In this document: one piece after another, positions 1 through 12,800 of the stretch
How the letters are laid out: the number at the start of each line of letters is the position of its first letter
How positions within the stretch are numbered: the first letter of the stretch is position 1
Source: Tubiluchus corallicola
Taxonomy: Eukaryota > Animalia > Priapulida
Length of the DNA: 64,000 nucleotides
NCBI GenBank assembly: GCA_030141605.1
Contig: JAQGDQ010000046.1
Coordinates: forward strand, 372,001 to 436,000
Direction: 5' to 3'
Notes under the pieces: model-generated
Told to the model about the DNA's origin: nothing
Database searches by the model: none
The model's input: only the letters and a program-made list of their open reading frames with translations
Position numbers and translations under genes: made by a program

Positions 1-1282
1 CATTGCTGTCATTATCGAGAATTAGACTAAAAAACAAAGCAAAATGACATTATGAGAAACACCAGTAAGTGTAGTATAAGGGTGTACTATAAAACGAAAT
101 AGAATTACGTAGCATCCTGCCAGGTGCATGAGCAAACTTTTTTGCAGCTGGAGTTCTTATTATCGCCTATGAGCAATCCAAGACGTTAAAAGAGAAATTA
201 TTAATACAATTATTTTTTGCTTTTTGATGTCTGTTGCCTACTGTGTAATAAAAACCAATTACCATCGATAATATAATAACTCCAACTTGGCTTATTAATG
301 CTAACAAAGTAACAGAATAATAATGTTAATAAGTTAAAACTGAACTCTGTATGCTAAGTAACCCTCTGGCGCTTACTATATAGTCTTAGCCTCAGGATTC
401 CATGGGACAGAAAACTTGTTAGATGAGTGTAGGGTAGTAATTTCTGTACTTTTCCCTCGCTAGCAATAAGTATGCTATCAGACTTTGTCTTCCAACCAGA
501 GCAAAATTCATTTCAAGTAAACAAATTTAGTACCTAAATAAACCAGCAAGTAAATAAATTAAATAAATATGCACTATGTACACAGCTATTTATTGGACAT
601 ACCGGCTGTCACTTCAATAGCGCACAGGCCCACAGGCCCGTCGTTATAATTATCTGCATCCAGAGCACGGCAGACTCACCTGCTGCTAGCAGTTATATTC
701 CTGTACAAGTTTCATAACACAACACCTACATGTATTTGAACAGATGTCAAATTTACAAAGCTAGAGTGATTTCAGTACTTTTTTGCAAAATCTTGTGTAG
801 AAAAGAATGCTCTACCGTTTGTATATTGAACAGTTCTCAATACAAGCTATCACTTAGAAACAAGAAGGCTTTGAAACAAAACTTTTCTGAAAATTCTACG
901 TACTTTTCATATCATCCTGTTAATTACTCAACTAAATAAAAAAATCTAAGCATCTACTGCTGGAAAGACAATTTAATTCTCTTTCAGAAAATATGTAGTT
1001 TTACACTAGTATCTCATGCAATTAGGCTGTTATAGGCATTTTGTACAGGGTCGTCAAAACTACTGAATATTAGTCGTCGTGAAGGAGTTAAGTGAAGAAT
1101 AAAGTAAAATTCTTCCATCAAATGGTGATATCTTTTGTCAAATTACTTGTGCATGCATACACTCCTGTATTTATATTTAATGAGACTTGGCAAAAATACT
1201 GCTGCTGTTAACAGTAATTTTAAAAGTGTGTTGCTAGGTAGCTTAATCATTTAAAAATCAAATCTACATTTCATTTTTTCAG

Positions 1283-4200
1283 TATGCTTTCTTCAAGAAG
1301 ATGACACGAGCTGCAGTTCTGATACAGAGTCAGTATCGCACCTATCGACATCACAAACATCTGAAACAAATGCGTCAGAATGCCAGTTCTGTACTACAGC
1401 AGCAGTCTGTTAGCAGGTAAAATATTAACAGATTATGCCAGTATTCCTGTTCTGAGTTTTCACCCACAGGGCCGTTGTTGCAGTTTTTGGTAGACTATTT
1501 GCATCTACGAACATCTATTTTGTGTATAATTTTGTGCCTACCATAAAAAGTCTTGCTTCGTGGTTTTGGTTATTTCTCTGCTCACCGTGAAGTCGGAGCA
1601 ATAATGGTAGAGTGGTATGAAAAGAATGATGTGCTGTAAATGTGTGAAGTATTTTTGCAACTTAGCAGTGCTTAGCTATATTTTTGCCCAAGTGTAGTAT
1701 TTCTGAAACACTTTTGTCAGTTTGTTAGATAACCAACTCTCAGCTTCTATAACTGAGAACATAAATGCTGTTGTCTGTATTCTAATGTTGTCACATAACC
1801 TTTTGTATGTAATCTGAAGCAACACCACTAACATTGGACTTGGCAGTTCTGGCTACCATGATAATGTGATAACTCTGAAGCGACAGCAAGCAGCGGCGCG
1901 AAAAATTCAACGATTTATGCGCCAGTCAAAAAATCGGTAAGTGCTTTTTCCCTCTAACTGCTGTATGGCTTGGGAGTGAGTGTCTGGTAAATGATAGACC
2001 AGTAGGCACTATTTTTCTGTTGGTGCTATCTTAGAAGCATGGATATAATCACCATAGTAATGGAGGCAGGTGACCACGTGCAGTAACTCTCAGATGCTAC
2101 ACAACATCATATTCTTTTCTTTAAATTCGTGGTTATCATTACATTTGTTACTTCACAGTTTTGTAGTGTCTGTCTTTACCATGTACAGGTCACTTGCAAG
2201 ATCAAAGCAACATGAAGTATTGCATTGCATTAACACTATAGCAACTGGTTAACCGGCATAGTTAGTGCTAGTTAGGTGTTGGTGTGAGGCAAATGCTTAC
2301 TGACACACTAATAAATGACTAATTGTTTATTATAAGTTGCCAAATTAAAGCTTCAGGGTATATTGTGAGAATTTATTGCTTTTTTGGAATGTTATTAAAA
2401 TTTTTGCCATTTTATTTTAACTGCTTATAAAACAGGGACAGGTAGGCTTTGGCAAATTTTAAATATAAAAGTTATTAATTATATTTTTATTCTCTTTTGA
2501 CTTTTATCTGTTTTGTACAGTACTATTAAGCATCGTCTTGCATGAGTCTTGCTACGTCAATTGGATTGTTCACAATCGCTTTTCGTTTGCCATTGTTTCG
2601 GAAGAATTGCTTTGTTTGCCCATTAAATGTTTACAAGCACTTCATTGAAAATCAGTTAAATAATTGTTTAAAAAACTGGTAGCTTGAATTTTAACTTTTT
2701 AATTTTACTAAAGTACAATTTTTGCCTTAACTGCTTAAAACTCATTAGTCATTCTACTCGAATAATGGTATCTTTTTGTTTTAAAATATAGCATACTTGC
2801 ATATCACAGACTTAACCAGGAAATAGCACCTGTTTTCATAATTGCATGCTTTTTTTATTTATAAAGTATTATACTCTTTGTACTTTTTTATTGAATTCAC
2901 AAAAACTTGATAAAATGCACTTAATTTTCAATGACTGAATTATATAGCTCATTTTGGTCTTGTGCTCGTCGTGTTTTTCAAGTAGAAAATTTATAATTTT
3001 GTTTCATGTGTTATTTTAATATATATATGTAATTAATAAATTAAGCTCAATTCAAACAAATGACAAATATTTTTGTATTTGTTTTTGTAAGTTTGCAATG
3101 AATGCAGGAAAATTGAATTATGTACACACTTTCATCTAGTGGTTGAATTCCCATATGAAGCTAAGTGCTTCATAACAAATGAAAATCAAATTAAATTCTC
3201 TTTTTACATAGTGAGATGTTCCCTTTTCTGTCCCAAAAAACTCAATCTCTGTCTATTGTTAAACTGAATGAAGGGATAGTAAATAGTACTCGATGGATAT
3301 TTTATTACTGCTTTGATGGCTGCTCTCAGGGCTTTCTTTGGTTCCTAAATGCTAACAGTTTTATAATATCGTTTTGCTACTGCTTGCATTTACACACAGC
3401 GACTGCTTATAAATCCTTTTTTTGTTTGGGCCAATTATCTGTGGAATACTTTTACCAAATTGTTTCCGTTTCAACTACAACCTGACCCACCTCAAAAGAA
3501 CTATTAATAGGTATTGCCAATCTCTAGCAAATTAGTGCAAAGATTTTACTTTTTGGAACATATTTCCACCTCCTGCGTCCTGAGTGGCCATTGGCACTGT
3601 TGTTGAGCGATTTGATAAAGCTTTATAGCTTTTGTACAAAGAATTTGTTTTTGCAAACTCAGATTAATGTTAAACAATATTCAATTTCCTGGTTAAAGCA
3701 CTTGCAAAAAGAAACTTACCCATTTGTTTGCACTTGAGATAGGATCAAAACATGAAACAAGTGTCACTTTTGCATGTTAGCATCATGTTCTCACTAGTGT
3801 TTGAAAGCCATTTTTTAAATTTATTCTTTGTATTGTATCTCAACGGACTGTCACAATTTGTGAGTGTACATTTAGCCAACAATGAATAGATATGTATCGT
3901 CTATTATATTTAATATTTTGTGGGCATGTTTTTATGATGCATTTTAACAGTTAAAATAAAGATCTAACTGACAATTAACACAGCAAAATTTTGAGTTTGA
4001 AACTAATTTTAATGGTTGCTAATACGTGTTGAACTACTAGTGTCTCCATACGAGGTGTATCCATCCAGTAAACCTGTAATACTTTTCTGGTAGTTTGGAA
4101 CTTTAGAAAAAATGTGCGCTTTAGCTTAATATGCGTAATACCAGTGGTGCTAAGCAGTCCTTATATTGTGAGCACTGTCAATTATGTAGTTAGTGTACTA

Positions 4201-6850
4201 GTGAATTTAAGATCATGTCTTAATATGTACATGTGTAAATGATAGTGTACGATTGTTTGCATTAGCAAAATCGCATTCCGAAATTTGAATTAGAAAAATA
4301 CAGTAATGCGACAATGCTGTTCACGGTTTTTTAACATAGTAGAATTCTAAAATGTTCAATTAGTACAATTAGGCTCATGTCTCCTTTTACCAGAAATGTT
4401 ACAGTCTGGATGTGCTATTGTTATTTTGAATGTTGTTAACAACTAACTAACTGACGTTCGTTTTATTTGCATGCAAACACAGTTTATGGGACTGCTTGAA
4501 CTCGACTCAGGTTTGTAGTGCAACATATTAACTTGATGTAGCAATTTGAAATCATCCTTAGGTTGCTAAGCTTTCAAGAAAAACTAAATTCACCTAAGAT
4601 AAACTTAGTTTGAATTGACAGTTTCTCAAATCCCCGAAAAAATGATTTTCAGTACCAACTTTGTAATTTTTTAATTTTGTTAACTGTTAGGATGATGCTT
4701 TCTGAGGAGCTTTAGCATTTGTGCATAAAAAGCTAACAACTTTAAATAATGGTTTTTATTATTGGTGTAATAATTTAATCAGTTTTTGTGAAGCGGACAT
4801 TTTTGTAGTTATCAATAATCGACCGATTATGTCTCTAAATAATGTCTCACCTAAAAAAATCAGAAATATTCTGCCAAGAAGCCTGGTAAAAATACAATAA
4901 TTAGTAAATTTTACGAATGAAAATCTTTGAACCTTTTTGTAGTTTGAATTACAATGGGAAATCCATGTAATATTTTATTAGCAAGTCATGCATGATGGCG
5001 CCAGCAGAAATCTTTCTATTTGTTATAGAAAACTAATCAGCGCCTATTGTAAACAAAGATGTCCCACAAGCATGTAACCATATACTTTGTTACATTTGGT
5101 TTCATCTGCTGTATGCTTTCCGGCATTAATTTTTTAAGCTGTAATTAATTATTAAGGATGACAACAAACAAAACCAGTAGAGTTTGGAGTGTTTTTTAAA
5201 ATCAGTTCAGTAAACCAAAATAAAAACAAAAGGGAGTTGCAGTGTTCTTTGCAGCTATTCAAAATGCTGAAAGAGCAATTTACTTACATATTGCACAAAC
5301 CTAAACACACAAAACAGGGTTTAATTGAACAGAACGGTCTACCTTTTTTTAAATAATTGGTTATCAGCTGATTATTTCTTGTAATCGGTTGCCGGTTAAT
5401 CGGTAAATTCCACAGTCAGTGCACTTCTAGTTTTTATTTAATGTATGCTGCTAATCAGTGGTGCCACTCTTTGAAACTTGTTTTAAGAACTGAAATTGAC
5501 ATTTATGTAGTTAACTGTAAAAATTATGTTGTAAAAATTTCAAAAAGTAGATTTGTAAATGTTTTAGATATTTGGCTACTTGATTTTTTGCTAGCTGCAT
5601 ATAGTTAAACTCATAACACTAGCTGAAATGTTTGTTGTTATCAGTTTCAGTGAGTAGCACTAACTATTTTTAATCTTTTAGCAATTTTTTTATCCTTTAT
5701 GTATTTGTAGTCAACTGATAAAATGTCAAAATGCATAAATTAGGTACAACCCAAAAGTTGGTATTTTGACAGTTTCAATTAGAGAATGTAATTTTTCAGT
5801 CACACCAAGTAAATGCTTCATATTGATGCTTTCAAGAGGAAGTAAACAAAGGTCATACAAAATTAATGAAGTTTCTCTTATTGAGGCAGTACTAACTTAA
5901 TCACATTGAAATACCAAAGGAATTGTAAGGCTGGATATGGTTAATTTTATTTGTTCAAATAACTTTGTATGTTCACATATATAGAAATGCAAAAATTTAA
6001 GTGTATTCATAATAAAATTTCAATTAGTGGCACCACTGCTACACGAAGAATCCCTGAATACCTTATTAAGATGTATTCGCCAAATTTTACGCAAATAGAT
6101 TTGTAGATTAAGTGAGTACATGGTAATCAGAAATTCTTTAGAGATCTTGGGATTGTTGCAAGTTGCTACATTACAAATATCTTTTTCTGTTCTTTTTGGT
6201 AAGTGTAAGAGTACTGGATGACTACTTTGTAGTGTACTCAACAGTGTATTCTTACTAGTGCAGTCTGATTTTCAATCATTTATGTGCTAATAGTAGATCA
6301 GTTTTCTTATCAGCCAGATTAAGATGACCTATATTGTTAATCATTAAAAATAAAAATTTACTGGACAAATTTTTTTTTAACCTTTTCCAGCTTAGTGTAC
6401 ACATCTTGTTAAGCAAGAATATTTGCTATAATTACTTCCAAACATCAGAGCATCTGTGTAACTGCCTCATTAAGATCTTGCTTTGTAGCAGAATTTTCTT
6501 GTTTTTATTGTTATTTGTTAACAACTCTAGTTTACAGCCATCTGACTAATAATGCCAAATTTTTAGGTGCTAAGCAATAATTGAGGTACACACTACACAC
6601 CTGATTGCACGTGTTAATTATTTGACAATCTTTATTAGAAGCTCTGTTGGGATTACTTTTTTTGATGACGTACATTGATTTGTCTTTAATTAAATTGATT
6701 TTTTCTTTCCTTTTAATTACATTGTTATCATACAGTTAACAAACCATGCATTGCAAACTAACCACAATTTTTGGTGACAGATTACAACAAGAGCGGGCAA
6801 AACAGGCCGCTATTTCTACAAAAAGAGAGAGAACCCCTTGCACTAACTAG
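1283..6850 (+). CDS. CAMTA: Calmodulin-binding transcription activator (CAMTA), last three coding exons; the 5' part lies outside the window
   Basis: Exons 1283-1416 (YAFFKKMTRAAVLIQSQYRTYRHHKHLKQMRQNASSVLQQQSVS), 1847-1936 (SGYHDNVITLKRQQAAARKIQRFMRQSKN) and 6781-6850 (LQQERAKQAAISTKRERTPCTN*). All have AG/GT boundaries and compatible phase-2 junctions. The peptides match the CAMTA C-terminal IQ region (YxxxKKMTxAAxLIQS; QxAARKIxxFxR). Confidence 0.85.
4483..4510 (+). CDS. Candidate alternative 28-nt microexon of CAMTA (frameshifting)
   Basis: Tandem branch motif AACTAACTAACTGAC, TGCATG at 4468, acceptor CACAG at 4478-4482 and donor CAG|GTTTGT. Open in the incoming phase 2 (LWDCLNSTQ). Confidence 0.45.
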
Positions 6851-9360
6851 CTACTGATGGACAAGAGAGGAAAATACATTTTCTGTTCACTTTGGTTCTG
6901 ATAAAAGTTCTGAAGTGTGGAGCTTACGAAGATCAAAATATTGTGAATTTGCTGCTCTTGGCTGAGTCAAAGTGGTGTCTTATATGCGAGCTCTTCAGAA
7001 AACGTTGAGGAACAAGAAAAGGAGAAAAGTTAAAAACTTAATTCCATTTCACTCATTTGTTAATTCTTTGTATATATAATTATATTTTGTGTTTCCTAGC
7101 ATGCAGTTACATGTTTACCCATAATCCATTGCATGTTATCAATTTCTTGTAAAATAAGGAAGTGTATTTTTGTTATTAAACAACTCATGAATTGTTATTT
7201 ACTCTTGTTGATTATCTAAAAATTTCAAATTGTTAAAATTCATGTAAAGGATTTATCACATTTTTCACATATTTGTAGGCACTTACCATGTCTGTATATA
7301 TGACCAAATGGTGAATTTTCTTGAATTTAAGCTGGTAAAATCTTGTAAGAGTGTGTGCGTCAAATGTGCAAAGGTTTCTTTGTTGCAAAAGCAGCAGTCT
7401 TTATCACGTTAAGGGACGCCTCTCCTATTAGTCATTAATTTCTTTTACACTTATCTGTGATTTAGATTTTTGATATTAACTGGCTTTGTTTGCAATACTA
7501 TAAAAATTCTTGTAGCTTGTTCTTTATCACAAGTATGGTTTAGCATGTTTTAACAACATTATATCTTTGTTTCTATTCATTTATATACTGAGTTAGTATG
7601 ATTGGAAGTTAGATGTATTGTTGTAAACATTCCCAACTCTGTGAACATTGCCAAAATACTTTAGCAAAATTTGTTAAAGAATTTAATATCTTAACTTTTT
7701 GTTGCTCTTGTTGTTCATTGCAAAGATAAATGCATTTTAGCTGGTATTTCATTAAAAATGTAAAAACTGTACAGTTGTACTGGCTGGTTCAGTATAGTTA
7801 ATTGGTAGCACAGCAAATTGTAATTTTTTCATCAAATTTTAACTCATTTGTTAAATAGGTCGAAATGGTGTTAGCGAAATTACTTAACACCACTTGTAAG
7901 AATACCTTACTTAGTCTTTTTATGTTTTCACTTCTGTGAGAGTGAAGTCTTAATATTTTTTATTTTTGCATTTATGCAATTGTTGTTTCGCTAGTTATTT
8001 TGACTTGCATTTGTTTGAACACTCATATAGGACAACTGTCACTAGTAGTGAGTGTGGTTAGTTTATTTCTTTATGTTTCTGTACACGTCATTTGAACAGT
8101 CTCCATCACCATCATACAACTGCATAAACAGTTCTTTTTAGAACAATCATCTTATCTTATTTAAATATGTATAGCCATTAGTATTTTCTTACTTTTTTCA
8201 GAACCCACTATTATAGTTCGTCTTTCTTCCATTTTTCAAGTAGTTTGCATAGTATAACACTGACACCGAGCACAATTTATTATAATTTCTTGAAATTTCT
8301 TCTTACTAGTGGTTGTTATTACTATTTGTATGCCTGTGTACTTGTACTGTACACTGGATGGTAATATTTCTTTATATTTTTGCCTTATCTATTTGTTCTA
8401 TTTCATCGAGACATTTAAAAGTTCTGCACGTGACAGTAAGAAAATCAGCAAAATTCTTGTCAGTTTGCTTGCTCCTAGATATGTTTTTAAACTTAGTTCA
8501 ACTAAGTTTAAACTAAACTTAGGCGACTTAGTTCGACTTACACAGCTGCCTGAATTTTTCACACATCTTCAATTCATTTTTTTCTGATAACATTGTATTA
8601 TTATCTATTTACATTACTTATTATATCTGTTTACATAAAGATATCCACAAATGTGCGTGGGCTATAGTTTGGCAGTTACATTTGATTTTTCTCATTAAAG
8701 TTCTAAGAAACTTTATAGTTTCAAATCATAGTTTTGCTGTTGGAATTTGTCAGATAATTTAGAATGACAATTTGACAAAATGAATTAGAAAATTTTGGAG
8801 TGAGCCACAGATTTTCTACTAATACTTGTTATCATGAACCCTTTGCTATTATTGGATTAAAATTTTTTTCCATCCAAAAACTTTGTGTTTAGCTGTGGTT
8901 TGTCAGATCTAACGAAATGCATGAGTGAACGGTTTCGTAATGAAAAATGATTGAAGTGAATATAACTAAAAATGGCTTAAGCTCTCTTCACCTGAATTGG
9001 GTTTAAGTAAATCATCTTCGAGTGCTTAGGGCTCACAAATAAGCCTCCTCGTTGTGAATAAATTAAGCCTATGGAAAGAATTGGGTTCGAGCAGAGTTTA
9101 GACAAACTATTTGAACAAATTCGCTTCAGTGTGAATATGCAAAATCAACAACCAACATTTTTTTACAAAAAAAACACGAGCTTCCCATTGTGTGTGCAAA
9201 TTCAATTCAATTCTTTACTAGTTGACGTACCACTGCAACTATAACAATTCCTGATGATAAAATACGTGTGCAAACATTAGTGTTTAAATGATAAATATAT
9301 ATATACTTCACTAATATAACATACAATAACTACAATATACTAGTTTTCTAGTTAATGATT

Positions 9361-9420
9361 ATCTGCGACCCGGGGTCTTTCATTTGCAGATCGATGGTGT
9401 CATTACCGACTGAGGTTAAC
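9361..9420 (-). mobile_element. Degenerate tRNA-like / SINE head fragment
   Basis: The reverse complement reads CTCAGTCGGTAA...CTGCAAA...GACCCCGGGTCG, resembling A-box, anticodon-loop and B-box remnants. It does not fold into a full cloverleaf. Confidence 0.25.
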
Positions 9421-9871
9421 CGAGGGATGCAAATATTCACGATGCTAAAAAACTAGTGTTATTCTTACTAATACAAACTTAATTTAAAACAAAATAAATA
9501 CGTTTATCTCATATTTGTTGTTAAGCAGTAATTTTATTAAACAACAATGGAACAAACATAAAACGTGAGTATAAGTGATCATTCTCATTCACCAGTCAAA
9601 AGTTGCTTGTAATTGTGCGTGTCAATATTAGTACACATTCGTAATGAGCTGATTAAAAAATTCAAAATAAGTAACATTTTTGTCTTCATTTGCCTGCTTT
9701 TACGTAAAACAGTTACAAACTGCAAAGACTATCTCAAGGCTCATACTTCATAAAACCTTTCCGAAGGCTTGCTATAGCCTAAGTTTACTTGAGTACACTC
9801 GCCTGTTTCAGCTGCTCAATGAGCTACTGGCACATACTAAACAATGAACGGAACACTCTCAACTTTGGGCC

Positions 9872-12800
9872 CTATATACTGATAGAGTTTGGGACAGCTT
9901 TGGGATCCAACCAGTCGTATGGGTACTTCAGTTTTGAATTTCGTTCTTTGATCGATTTGCTGATCTCGTTTAGATCTGATGTCAATCTAAAAAAACATTC
10001 ATTTTGAAAAAAATGACTACACTGTTATTATTTCAAATAATAGTAGTTCCATTAAGGGGACACAGTTTATTTCTCTGCATCCAAACATTTCCTAAATACG
10101 AAAATGTTGACAGATTCTATATCTTAAATTTGTTTCTTTGTGTTACCAAAAAGTAGCACCCGTTATATTATGTTATAATGTATTATGAAATCTCTCGATA
10201 CAGCGCTGACATTTATGAAAGACAATTTTCTTACTGTTTTTTGGCATTGATGCCAACTTCGTCGTAGAAATATTGCACCTCAAAATCTGACAAGCTGTTA
10301 GTTCCTTTGTCACTAAGTAACTTTGTTACCACCATGACGTCCAATATGATTTCCTGGTCGGGTAAAGCTGAAATAACGTCTTTTTCAGTACGAGGAGTCT
10401 GAAAATAAATTTATAGCTTCATTAGAATCTAATTTTCTTCAAACACATGTCTTCAATATCCTTAATTTTGCAACGTTATATTATGACTCCCAAAATACCA
10501 TCACAGTTGTGATTACTATGTATGAGTGCCATCCAGGAAACGGGCCTACTCTGAAAGCTACTTTGTTCTTACTGAAATTATAGACTAATAAAATAGAAGT
10601 TTGTCACATGTAGTTACTATAGAAATTCATAAAACTCCAGACTTGGAGAAATGAATCACTTCTACTATGCATATGCTCAAGTCAAAAAATGCCAGTTACG
10701 TTGAAAAAAGTGACAGCCAATCTTTTTCATATTCGTGATAAACTGATCAAATATCTCAACAGTTATTAAAAATCTACCAGTGACAGAGTATCGTCCACCA
10801 CTGGCTGAATTTTGGGTGTCGGTAATGATTAACCGATGATTTTTTGTGATGGGACTAAGCCTCACCAAACAATAATTAAAGATAATCAGGTTTTTATTAT
10901 GACTGTAGAAAATTGTATAAAGCCAATAAGGCGACTAGCGGCTGTAGCTTCCAGCTACCAGTGACCAGCATTCTGATGATACACCAAGGCAACTCGCGAC
11001 TCGTGTCTGCGTGCAACCACCATATTTGTAAATTATTAGAAAACAGCATCAGTATAATAAAACAAAAAGAAAGTTTAAGAAAGAAGGAAATTTTATCCAA
11101 AATTAATGTTGTACAATGCTAAAAGAATGTTCATGGTGCGCAGATTATATGAAGTATAATTTAGACAAAATAAAGCAAAACGGTCGCTGTACATGACCAC
11201 TCACAATTGCTTCCCTCGTCTGGACTTTTTTGTTACCAAAATACTATTTATTTTACAATAGTCGTTAACAATACAATTGTATATGGTTTGTCTGTATGGC
11301 TGATTTATACATTCTTACCCATTATCATTTTCTTTTTCTGCTCATTGGTCGTAATTTTATAAACGTTTGCATGATCAACATTTATTATACTATGTAAAGT
11401 TTGTGTGATTGTGATTTTATGTATTGGATTATCTCTGCCTTGTTAAAGCTGGTTGCTCCAGCACTTAACTTTTTACTATTTATTTGTGCCTTATTACTTT
11501 GTAAAAAGTGCAAATAAAACTCATTCATTCATTGAAACTGAATGCCAAGAATTAACTTACTGATTTGTTAATCTAAGATTGTAAATATATGAATGGAAAT
11601 TTTTAACATTAATTTTTATTAAATAATCAAATGAATTTTGGAACAAATGATCGAATTATCAATACTTGACGGTGAAAAGGTGCAGTTTCCAATCCTTTTT
11701 GTGACAAGAATTGTCGCAGGTCGTAATTTTATTCTAACCTTGCGGTATTTCCTGTATTATATATTTTATTCTTTTATTATAGGTTTACTACATATGTTAT
11801 ATCAATTTTAATGGCCAACTTAATATTGTTGTTATGTAATTATACGTGTATATGACGTTTTGTAAGTAAAGCAGAATATATCACATGACCACAAGCTGGG
11901 ATATCATTGGATGATTTTCGATAGACGCTGGTCCCTGAACCCCAATCTCAAAAAACAGAAAAAAAATTTGTTTTCGATCTCTGGCAACTTGCAATATCGT
12001 CGCACAATCGTACATTAATAATATACACGTCCTATTTCTTTCACGTCGGTAGACGCCATCGCTGAACACGGTCGCCAGTCGCCTCTAGGTATGATAAGCA
12101 ATAGTCAGTTCTCTGCCTACTAAACTGGATATTAATTAAACACAAAGAAAAGCTGTGGGGCCTAATTAGCTGTGATTAGCTGTAGCTCTAAATTACGTGT
12201 GACTAAACTAATAATTAAACGTCAATAAATAATCTGCCTAATACGTTGTCCTAATACATTGCTTTGATAAATACGTAGATTTTTGGGTAAAACAATATTA
12301 TAAGGTATTACCTTGTCCATTGGTGGTTCACCTTTAAGAACGGATGGATAGTTTGGTGGGAAGCCATATTCGTCATATTGTTGAAAATTCACTGAAGCGT
12401 GACCAACACTGCAGATGTAAATGATGGTAGTAAAAACTTCAACTAATTGCTCAACAGTTGTGAATTTGTCTCCTTCTCCAGGTACACCCTTGTATTAAAG
12501 TATCAGACGACTTAAATTTAATAAGTACTATATATATAGTTAAAAACTTATCATGAATACAAGTCATAGGCGTAAAGTTAACGGTAATTAATGAACCTTT
12601 TATTACGCATTTAAATATTAACTACCACCTAAGGCTTTCGCGCCTGGCATATATATAATTATTAGGGTAGAATATTAGGGCTGTAATAATGTGGGATATT
12701 CTTCGAGCCCGTTTGCTATTCGATTCTCTTGTACCGTGACTCATTGATCTTTCAGTCCGTCGTTCCTACAGCTCACTGGTCCCTCAGTCCATTGTAGTTA

